A stretch of 64,000 nt of DNA, from NCBI GenBank assembly GCA_049511835.1, contig JBEKXN010000004.1:81231-145230 (forward strand). Direction: 5' to 3'. This document shows, in pieces, positions 46,310 to 54,115 of this stretch. Every line of letters begins with the position of its first letter. Position 1 is the stretch's first letter. Made by a program: the position numbers and the translations under genes. The DNA is from Verrucomicrobiota bacterium (GTDB lineage Bacteria; Verrucomicrobiota; Verrucomicrobiia; Limisphaerales; UBA11358). A model generated the notes under the pieces. The model had not been told where the DNA came from and ran no database searches. It saw only the letters and a program-made list of their open reading frames with translations.

Positions 46310-47320
46310 ATGGAAAAAATTCTATTGCCGGTTCTGTTCAGCCTGGCCGTCGCGGTTTGCCGCGCCGACGGGCCTTATCATTTCATCAAGGAAATCCCCG
46401 TCGGCGGCGACGACGGATGGGATTACTGTTCCGCCGATTCGGCGGCGCAGCGCCTTTACGTCTCGCACGGCAACAAGGTCGTGGTCGTTGACCTCGCCAA
46501 GGACCAGGTCGCCGGTGAAATTACGAACACGCCCGGAGTCCATGGCATCGCTCTGGCGTCCCAATTGAATCGTGGATTCACCAGCAACGGTCGCGAAAAC
46601 AAGGCGAGCAGCGTTGACCTGAAAACTTTGTTGACGATTTCCAAAGTGGACACGGGGACAAATCCCGACGCGATCCTTTTTGAGCCGGGACAAAATGAAG
46701 TTTATGCGTTCAACGGACGCGGCCAATCGGCAACGGTGATTGATGTCAAATCAGCCAAGGTCGTGGCCACTATTCCGCTGGGAGGCAAACCGGAATTTGC
46801 CCAGGCTGACCCGGCGGCGGGCCGCGTTTACAACAACATTGAAGATAAAAACGAGGTCGCCGTGATTGATACGAAGTTGCATCAGGTCGTCGCCAACTGG
46901 CCCATCGCGCCGGGCGAGGAGGCTTCCGGCATGGCGATGGATTTGAAAAACCACCGGCTGTTCCTCGGCTGCGGTGGCAGCAAGACGATGATGATGATGG
47001 ACAGCGCCAGCGGCAAAGTCATCACTTCAGTGCCCATCGGTCAAGGTGTGGACGCCAATGCATTTGATCCGGAAACCCAACTCGCGTTCGCCTCTTGCGG
47101 AGATGGGACGGTCACAATTGCGCATGAAGACACGCCGGACAAGCTGACCGTGGTGCAGACGCTGGAAACCCAGCGCGGTTCACGCACGATGGCGCTTGAT
47201 CCCAAGACGCACAAAATCTACCTGGCCGCCGCCAAATTCGAGGCCCCGGCGGAAGGCCAGCGGCGCGGCAAGATGGTACCGGACAGCTTCAAAATCCTGG
47301 TGTACGGCATGGAGAAATAA
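46310..47320 (+). CDS. YncE/YVTN-family seven-bladed beta-propeller protein, secreted
   Basis: Signal peptide. Repeated ...VYVSHGNKVVVVDL..., ...ATVIDVKSAKVVATIPLGGKPE... and ...VAVIDTKLHQVV... units. Confidence 0.65.
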   Translation: MEKILLPVLFSLAVAVCRADGPYHFIKEIPVGGDDGWDYCSADSAAQRLYVSHGNKVVVVDLAKDQVAGEITNTPGVHGIALASQLNRGFTSNGRENKASSVDLKTLLTISKVDTGTNPDAILFEPGQNEVYAFNGRGQSATVIDVKSAKVVATIPLGGKPEFAQADPAAGRVYNNIEDKNEVAVIDTKLHQVVANWPIAPGEEASGMAMDLKNHRLFLGCGGSKTMMMMDSASGKVITSVPIGQGVDANAFDPETQLAFASCGDGTVTIAHEDTPDKLTVVQTLETQRGSRTMALDPKTHKIYLAAAKFEAPAEGQRRGKMVPDSFKILVYGMEK

Positions 47321-47552
47321 ATTTGTTCGACCACCGCCACCGAAGTTGTAGTGTCGAGCCTGCCTGCCGTGCCGAAGCTTGGAGCGTAGGCTGGTGGCTC
47401 GAACGAATCGGCGCACAGCGCCGACGCTACATCAATAGACCAAAACCAGCACGGCAGCATCCTGTGCGGATTTCACCACATCCTCAAACTTTCGGTCAGC
47501 CGTGATTGGCTCTTTCAACTTGGCCGAAACTGCCGGCACGGATTCAAGGATT

Positions 47553-47610
47553 GGGAGGGACGCCGTGTCGGCGTCCCTAAAATTGGGAACGGCAACATGC
47601 CGTCCGTCCC
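47553..47610. repeat. twin-hairpin REP-like element (inverted copy of 30507-30564)
   Basis: gggagggacgcc-gtgt-cggcgtccc, then taaaattg, then ggaacggca-acat-gccgtcc, then gtccc. Confidence 0.75.
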
Positions 47611-47807
47611 GGCTCCTCACTAGCGCCTCAATACACTACGCAACTCAAAAGGAATAATTTCTTCAGTGGTATTGTCACGTCACAGCCAGCGGTCAAGAGG
47701 CAGGATTGGCGTTAAAACCGTTTATCTCGGTCGTCCATCCCAAAATGATTTTGGCAGCGGCAGCTTTCTTCGCCCGGGGCAGAAGGGATTGGTTTTGATT
47801 CACGCGC

Positions 47808-47977
47808 CACCTCACCCCGTCCCTCTCCCCCAACTTCGTTGGCGGAGAAGGAGAACCGTTCGCCGTCTCCTTGAAAATTCGCGCGACTGGATTGGCCGGA
47901 CAGTCATCCGCAAAACCAGAATCGTTCAAGGATGATTTCCTCTCCTGGGGGGGGAGAGGATAAAAGGTGAGGGCGAG
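47808..47977. repeat. MITE-like element with C-rich and G-rich inverted termini
   Basis: Left terminus cacctcaccccgtccctctccccc. Right terminus ggggggggagaggataaaaggtgagggcgag. Confidence 0.5.
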
Positions 47978-48270
47978 CGTTAAACAAATTTCCTCTGCCG
48001 TTCAATCCCGCCGGAACCGATTTCAGCGGCTTCAGGCTTTGGGCTTGCCAGACAGCGGCGCTACCGCTAACAGCTAAGAAATCTGGAAAGGAGAAGGGTC
48101 ATAAAAATTCGACCCGGCGTATCCCCCTTTGGCCATCAAGAGTGGCACGGCAAAAAATGCGGAAAAGCGTATTACGTGCCTGAAAGTGGTATTATGAATG
48201 CTCGTGAAAAGGGATTCTCCAACAGTACCAAAGGAGATGTGACCGGAAAAACGTATAGCCTGACAGCATT

Positions 48271-48774
48271 ATGAACAGCCCTTTATTTCCGAGCGAACAA
48301 CAGCTTTGCACGGCAAAAATTCTCATCATTGACGATGAGATGGCGGACATCCGCATGCTCGAATGGGCATTAAAAAAGGCCCAATTTCCGAACTTTCGAA
48401 GTTTGACCGACCCGGCCAGGGCGCAAAAGGAATTCGAACAGTTTCAGCCCGACCTGGTGCTGCTGGATTTGCACATGCCCAAACTGGATGGGTTTGCCAT
48501 TTTGGCGCAACTGCGGAAGTCCGCGCCGGCCGGAGAATTCCTGCCGGTGCTGGTGATCACGGGAGAGAACACGGCCGAGACGCGCAGCCGGGCGTTGGCG
48601 GCCGGGGCCAACGATTTTCTTGGCAAACCCATTGATTATACCGAGGTCATGCTGCGAATAAAAAATTTGCTGCAAACCCGGTATCTCCACCGGCGGGCGG
48701 AGGACATCCAGGCACAACTGAAAGCCCTCTCCGCCGTAAAGGAAACCAAAATCAAATCCGCCCGGAAACATTAA
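48271..48774 (+). CDS. stand-alone response regulator receiver protein (CheY-like)
   Basis: KILIIDDE...DLVLLDLHMPKLDG...VLVITG...FLGKP. Confidence 0.85.
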   Translation: MNSPLFPSEQQLCTAKILIIDDEMADIRMLEWALKKAQFPNFRSLTDPARAQKEFEQFQPDLVLLDLHMPKLDGFAILAQLRKSAPAGEFLPVLVITGENTAETRSRALAAGANDFLGKPIDYTEVMLRIKNLLQTRYLHRRAEDIQAQLKALSAVKETKIKSARKH

Positions 48775-48798
48775 GTTGATGGGCGCATCCGTGTCTGA

Positions 48799-50058
48799 AT
48801 GATGAAAACAATCCCGACAGAGGAACTCGACCGGCTGCTGGCGGCCATGATTCAAAGCGCCGACGGAATTTCAGATTTGCTTTTTGTGGCCGGCAAGCCG
48901 CCGCAAGCGGAGGTTCACGGCCGGCTCCGCCCGTTTGCGCTGGAGCCGCCTGAAACCGTGCTCACCAGCGATCACATCGAAGGCGTGGCCGGGGCGGTCA
49001 TCAACAAAAATGCCCGGTTGATTCAGGACCTGGCGAACCATGGGTCGTGTGATTGCAGTTATGCCCTGAAAAATTTCTGCCGCTTCCGCGTCAACATCTT
49101 TCGTCAGAACGGAAATTACGCGATGGTGATGCGGCGCCTCCAAGCCCAGATTCCGACTCTTGAATCCCTCCGCCTGCCGCCGGTGTTCCGCGAGGTCGTC
49201 AAGGAAAAGAACGGACTCATCTTTGTGACCGGCGCCACGGGCAGCGGCAAGACGACCACGCTGGCCGCCATGCTGAATGAAATCAACCAGACCAGCGATG
49301 TCCATATCGTCACCCTGGAGGACCCGATTGAATTTCTGCATCCACATCTCAAGGCCACGTTCAGCCAGCGCGAGCTGGGGCGCGATTTCTACACCTTTCC
49401 GGACGGCCTGCGCGCCGCCTTGCGGCAGGCGCCCAAGGTTGTCCTGGTGGGCGAAATTCGCGACCGCGAGACGATGGAAATTGCGCTCACGGCCGGGGAA
49501 ACCGGACACGCGGTTTACAGCACCCTGCACACCATCAGCGCTGGCCAGACCATCCAGCGCGTCCTGGGCATGTTCACCCGGGACGAGGAACAACAGGTGC
49601 GCGAACGCCTGGTCGGAATCCTGCGTTACGTCATCAGCCAGCGCTTGGTTCCCAGAAAGGACGGCGGACGGCTGCTGGTCACTGAGTTGATGGGCAGCAG
49701 TCTGCGCACCCGCGAAGCCATCGCGATCGGCGAAAATGAAAATCGCCGGCTGTCGGACATCATCGAAGCCGGGCATGCCTACGGCTGGCACAGCTTCGAG
49801 CAATCCCTGATTAAAGCCTACGAAGAGAATTTGATCACCGAGGAAACCGCGATGCTGTACTGCATCAGCAAATCCCAAATGCGCCAGCGCGTTGACCTGG
49901 TCAACAAGCGACGGGAAACCGCTCCCGCCGCCAGCACACTGAAAATGAAGGTGGACAAAACTCCCCCGGTGGCGATTCCCCTGCCGGAGACGCCTCCGCC
50001 CCCGCCACCGTTGTCGGATAATCCCGCCGCCGCCACCGCGAGCGGAACCAGCCGGTGA
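48799..50058 (+). CDS. pilT: PilT/PilU-family type IV pilus retraction ATPase with Pro-rich C-terminal tail
   Basis: Walker A motif GATGSGKTTT. IVTLEDPIEF, VLVGEIRD and the His box TLHT. The tail is ...PLPETPPPPPPLSDNP.... Confidence 0.75.
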   Translation: MMKTIPTEELDRLLAAMIQSADGISDLLFVAGKPPQAEVHGRLRPFALEPPETVLTSDHIEGVAGAVINKNARLIQDLANHGSCDCSYALKNFCRFRVNIFRQNGNYAMVMRRLQAQIPTLESLRLPPVFREVVKEKNGLIFVTGATGSGKTTTLAAMLNEINQTSDVHIVTLEDPIEFLHPHLKATFSQRELGRDFYTFPDGLRAALRQAPKVVLVGEIRDRETMEIALTAGETGHAVYSTLHTISAGQTIQRVLGMFTRDEEQQVRERLVGILRYVISQRLVPRKDGGRLLVTELMGSSLRTREAIAIGENENRRLSDIIEAGHAYGWHSFEQSLIKAYEENLITEETAMLYCISKSQMRQRVDLVNKRRETAPAASTLKMKVDKTPPVAIPLPETPPPPPPLSDNPAAATASGTSR

Positions 50059-50126
50059 CTGCATTCGCGCTCGACCCGGCTGCCGCGAACCGCTATTTTC
50101 CCGCGCGTCTCATCACGAGGTGAATT

Positions 50127-50606
50127 ATGGATGAACTGTTAAAAATTTTGCAGGCCAACGCGATTGAATCGCGTGAGAACATCGCCAAGATGTTGAACAC
50201 CACCGTTGCCAAGGTAAACGAGCGCATTGCCAAATACGAAAAGAGCGGCGTCATCCGCGGTTACCAGGCCATCCTGAACGAGGATCAGCTTGGACTCGAT
50301 ACGGTCACGGCCGTCATCGAGGTCAAGGTGTCGCCCCAGCGCGAAGGCGGGTTCAACACCGTCGCCGCCCGCATCAGCCGTTTTCCCGAGGTGCGCTCGG
50401 CGTATCTCATGAGTGGCACCTATGACGTGCTGTTGTTCATCGAGGGCCGCAACCTGCGCGAAGTGGCCGCGTTCGTCAGCGAACGGCTCTCGCCGCTCGA
50501 AGGCGTGCTGTCCACCTCCACCCACTTCATGCTCAAAACCTACAAGCGCCTCGGCGTCCTGATGGAATCCGGCCATGCAGAAGAAAGACTCAGTGTCGCT
50601 CCGTAA
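50127..50606 (+). CDS. Lrp/AsnC-family transcriptional regulator
   Basis: N-terminal HTH (ILQANAIESRENIAKMLNTTVAKVNERI) and a C-terminal RAM domain. Confidence 0.8.
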   Translation: MDELLKILQANAIESRENIAKMLNTTVAKVNERIAKYEKSGVIRGYQAILNEDQLGLDTVTAVIEVKVSPQREGGFNTVAARISRFPEVRSAYLMSGTYDVLLFIEGRNLREVAAFVSERLSPLEGVLSTSTHFMLKTYKRLGVLMESGHAEERLSVAP

Positions 50607-51756
50607 CCGCATCAACGCGACGGTGCGCGACATCCCGCGCTCGGGCATCCGCGACTTCTTCGACATCGTCAGCACGATGAAGGACGTGATCAGCCTGGGC
50701 ATCGGCGAGCCGGACTTTGACACGCCCTGGCACGTGCGCGAATCCACGATGTTTGCGCTCGAACGCGGCGTGACGCATTATACCAGCAACCTCGGCTACC
50801 TCGAACTCCGCCGGGCGCTGGCCAAATACGTTGGCAAAAAATTCGGCGCGGAATACAACCCGGACAACGAAATCCTCGTCACCGTCGGCGTGAGCGAGGC
50901 GCTCGACCTTGCCTTGCGCGCGCTGGTCACGCCCGGCGATGAAGTGCTTTACCACGAACCGTGCTACGTGTCGTATCGTGCCACCATTCTGTTCGCGCAC
51001 GGCGTGCCGGTGGCGGTTGAAACCAAACCCGAAAACGGCTTCCGTCTCACCCGCGCGATGCTCGAAGCGAAGGTGACACCGAAGACGAAGGTGTTGATGC
51101 TGAATTTCCCGAACAATCCCACCGGCGCAATCATGGGCCGGCAGGATTTGGAGGACATCGCAACGTTCGCCCGCGAGCGGAATCTCATTGTTGTCACGGA
51201 TGAAATTTACGGCGAACTGACCTACGACTCCCCGCACACGAGCATCGTGAGCCTGCCAGGCATGCGCGACCGGACGATTTTCCTGCACGGCTTCTCAAAG
51301 GCGTGGGCGATGACCGGTTACCGGCTCGGCTACGCCTGCGGCCCGGCGGAGCTTATCGAGGCGATGATGAAAATCCACCAATACACGATGCTCTGCGCCT
51401 CTTCGATGGGCCAGAAAGCCGCGATTGAAGCACTGGCCCGTCCTGAGTCGGACATCGGTGAAATGGTGAACGAATACCGTCGCCGCCGGAATTTCATCGC
51501 CGCGGCGTTTGCGGACATGGGCCTTGAATGTCACCGTCCTCTCGGCGCGTTCTACGCGTTTCCGAGCGTGGCGAAATTCGGGCTGAAGTCGAAGGACTTC
51601 GCGTTGAAGCTGCTGCACGAGGAAAAAGTGGCGGCGGTGCCGGGCACCGCTTTCGGCGAATGCGGCGAAGGCTTCATCCGCTGCGCCTACGCGACCAGCA
51701 TGGACAATCTCAAGGAAGCGATGAGCCGACTCAAACGGTTCATCGGAAAACTTTGA
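50575..51756 (+). CDS. class I/II (aspartate-type) aminotransferase
   Basis: ISLGIGEPDFDTP, NFPNNPTG and FSKAWAMTGYRLGY (PLP Lys). Confidence 0.85.
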   Translation: MQKKDSVSLRNRINATVRDIPRSGIRDFFDIVSTMKDVISLGIGEPDFDTPWHVRESTMFALERGVTHYTSNLGYLELRRALAKYVGKKFGAEYNPDNEILVTVGVSEALDLALRALVTPGDEVLYHEPCYVSYRATILFAHGVPVAVETKPENGFRLTRAMLEAKVTPKTKVLMLNFPNNPTGAIMGRQDLEDIATFARERNLIVVTDEIYGELTYDSPHTSIVSLPGMRDRTIFLHGFSKAWAMTGYRLGYACGPAELIEAMMKIHQYTMLCASSMGQKAAIEALARPESDIGEMVNEYRRRRNFIAAAFADMGLECHRPLGAFYAFPSVAKFGLKSKDFALKLLHEEKVAAVPGTAFGECGEGFIRCAYATSMDNLKEAMSRLKRFIGKL

Positions 51757-51765
51757 TGTATTTGT

Positions 51766-51839
51766 GGTAGGGCGCGTCACTCCGTGCGCGCCGTGGACGC
51801 TTTGGGACGAACGGCGGGCAGAGGACGGCCCGCCCTACC
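51766..51839. repeat. GGTAGGGCG...CGCCCTACC clamp element enclosing two hairpins
   Basis: ggtaggg, then cgcg-tcactccgtg-cgcg, then a spacer, then ggcggg-cagaggacgg-cccgcc, then ctacc. Confidence 0.6.
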
Positions 51840-51931
51840 AAACTTAATACACCGCCGCCGCCGGCCATTTCATCCCCTGCGCCCCGCCCCGCGGTATTCC
51901 TGCTCCTTGATTTCCTTGCGAACGCCAATGG

Positions 51932-53518
51932 TCACAGGGGAGAATTTTCGTTGGCGTTGGTTGAAGCTGTTGCGGTTGGCGAAGGCGGGGTGAGTTCGAG
52001 CCGGGCTTGGGCGCGATTGACCAGCGCCAGCATCGTCACGGATGCGGCGGCCTGCCGCTCGGCTTCCTCGATGCGCGCAAATTCGCCATAGACTTCCGCG
52101 CGCACCGGTTCATCTTGCGAAGGCAGTTCCTGTCCGCCGCCGGTGCGCATGGCGTGCAGAATGTGATGGGCGTTGATCAAATCCAGCGGACGCGCGGGCG
52201 CGTAGGCGGATTCGGCGCCGGCGATTTCCGTGACGAGCCGCGCGGCGAGGAGCGTTTGCAAAACCTGTTGCGCGAGCCGGGTCGGGATGCCCAGCTCGGC
52301 GGAAATTCCCTGAATGGTGACCGGCGGCAGGCCGTGTTGGAAGCGTTGCCCGACGCACGTCATCAGCCGCAGCGCGACGAATTCGCGTCCGCGCTGATTG
52401 ACGTTCTCCGCGAGTTTGTCCTGCAGATACGCCGCACGATTTTGGAAGGCGTAGGCGACCTGGGCGCCGAAGAGCAAAATCAGCCAGGAAAAATAAAGCC
52501 CGATCATGAACACGGGCACGAGGCCGATGCTGCCGTAAATCTCTCTATTGGAGACGACGCGTGAAACGTAAAGAAAACCAAAAAGGTTGTTCACGTGCCA
52601 GAGCGAGCCGCCGACGACTCCGCCGACGAACGCCGCGCCGAAGCGGACCCGGGTGTTGGGCACCAGTTCATAAATCAGCGTGAACGTCAGCCACAGGACC
52701 AGAAGGGGCAGGAATTGAAAAAAGAAGCCGCCGACGTGCGGCATTTGGTTGACCCAATGTTCCGCCCATTTCAAATGTTTGCCCCCGGCAAGTCCCACCG
52801 CCCCGGCGAGGGCCAGCGGGCCCAGCGTGATCGTCGTCCAGTAAAGCACGATGCGCCAAAGCCAATTACGGCCGCGGGTCACGCCCCAGATGTCGTTGAA
52901 CGTCTCTTCGACATTCGCGAGCATTTGAATGGCCACGACCACCAGCAGCAGCATGCCAATCGTGCCGAGCGTGCCGCTCCGGGTTTTTTGGACAAAATCG
53001 CGGATGTCCCGAACCACCTCTTTCTGCGCGGTGGTGGCGCGGGTTTCGGTTCCAGCGGCGGCCGTCAAATTGGTTTCCGCCGGCACATTGGTCGGGACCT
53101 CGGCCGTCGGAAAATTCGTGGGGGTCAGGACGGCCGACGGACCCAATCCCGGCCCGGGTGAAGCTTTCTGCTCATTGGGACTGAGCGTTGCCGGGGGCAT
53201 GACGGTGGAGACAAATTTATCAATGGCCTGATAGATTTTTTCCTCGCCTTCGTTTTTCAGCAGACCGCCGGTGACGCTGATGGCGACCGCGAGGAGGGGA
53301 ATGAGCGCGAGCAGGGAGGCGTAGGACAGGGCGGCGGCGCGGACGGGACAGCGATTGCGCACGAAACTCCTGATGACCAGCGCGCAAAGGTGCGCGAACC
53401 GTTCGAGCCGGCTCAATTCGCTTTCCGCGCCGGAATAAACACCGGTCAAAATTTTGATGAGACGTGAAAACGGCTTTATTGCCATGCGTTGCGCCACGCT
53501 AACAAACCCATTCGCCAA
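51932..53518 (-). CDS. YihY/BrkB-family inner-membrane protein with C-terminal winged-helix-like domain
   Basis: RAAALSYASLLALIPLLAV is a YihY signature. Six or more TM helices. The tail contains PPVTIQGISAELGIPTRLAQQVLQTLLAARLV. Confidence 0.7.
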   Translation of the reverse strand: MANGFVSVAQRMAIKPFSRLIKILTGVYSGAESELSRLERFAHLCALVIRSFVRNRCPVRAAALSYASLLALIPLLAVAISVTGGLLKNEGEEKIYQAIDKFVSTVMPPATLSPNEQKASPGPGLGPSAVLTPTNFPTAEVPTNVPAETNLTAAAGTETRATTAQKEVVRDIRDFVQKTRSGTLGTIGMLLLVVVAIQMLANVEETFNDIWGVTRGRNWLWRIVLYWTTITLGPLALAGAVGLAGGKHLKWAEHWVNQMPHVGGFFFQFLPLLVLWLTFTLIYELVPNTRVRFGAAFVGGVVGGSLWHVNNLFGFLYVSRVVSNREIYGSIGLVPVFMIGLYFSWLILLFGAQVAYAFQNRAAYLQDKLAENVNQRGREFVALRLMTCVGQRFQHGLPPVTIQGISAELGIPTRLAQQVLQTLLAARLVTEIAGAESAYAPARPLDLINAHHILHAMRTGGGQELPSQDEPVRAEVYGEFARIEEAERQAAASVTMLALVNRAQARLELTPPSPTATASTNANENSPL

Positions 53519-53609
53519 GTCAATCGGCGCGCGAATTTGCCGCCATTAAAATTCCGGCGCGATAAATCCGCTTTATCATCACGGCAAAATCCGCACAATG
53601 TCCGTGCGC

Positions 53610-53686
53610 GCATCCGTAGCTCAATTGGATAGAGCTTCTGACTTCGGATCAGAAGGTTGCAGGTTCGAGTCCTGCCGGATGCGCCA
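53610..53686 (+). tRNA. tRNA-Arg (anticodon TCG)
   Basis: Folded by hand. Acceptor stem GCATCCG/CGGATGC. D arm GCTC-AATTGGATA-GAGC. Anticodon arm TCTGA-CTTCGGA-TCAGA. T arm GCAGG-TTCGAGT-CCTGC. Discriminator G, encoded CCA. The 5' half closely resembles E. coli tRNA-Arg. Confidence 0.9.
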
Positions 53687-53818
53687 GTTTTTATTGGGGT
53701 TTCTCGCTTCTCGGCATTCTGCGAAGCTGCCGGGTAGTATCAAAAGCAGTATCGCGTCTGTTTTTTTTAAGGCCTGCGACATCATAGCGTTGCCGGTTAG
53801 AGCGGTTACAACTTTGAT

Positions 53819-53934
53819 GTAGCGCAGACATTCTTGTCTGCGGGTTTGCGGGACATTCTTGTCCCGTGATTGATCAGCACGAAAGAGGCGACTGGAAAGT
53901 CGCCTGAACCCGCAGGCTGGAAAGCCTGCGCTAC
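53819..53934. repeat. clamp element enclosing four short hairpins
   Basis: The clamp gtagcgcag...ctgcgctac encloses gcagac-attctt-gtctgc, gggac-attctt-gtccc, ggcgac-tggaaa-gtcgcc and gcaggc-tggaaa-gcctgc. Confidence 0.7.
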
Positions 53935-54115
53935 GTAATAACTGGAAACGCTCTAAGCAACCAGCCCGTGGTTTCCATCAAGTTGCTCGGTTCGTCGAAA
54001 AAATTGCCTGGATTCGGAAGGCTGACGGCTTGCGCGTGACGTTGCCGGCAAGAACCCTGCGATGATGTTTTCGCCCTCAAGCTTGCGTTGAAGTAAAAAC
54101 GGGCCCGGTTGGAAA

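Noticed and set aside
48271-50058. Type IV pilus gene cluster.
   Set aside because: Only a receiver protein and one PilT-family ATPase are present. No pilin, platform, assembly ATPase or secretin genes are nearby.
53819-53934. Possible CRISPR array, suggested by repeated hairpins here and elsewhere.
   Set aside because: There are only four short hairpins of two sequence types. There are no regular repeat-spacer periodicity, no leader and no cas genes in the window.
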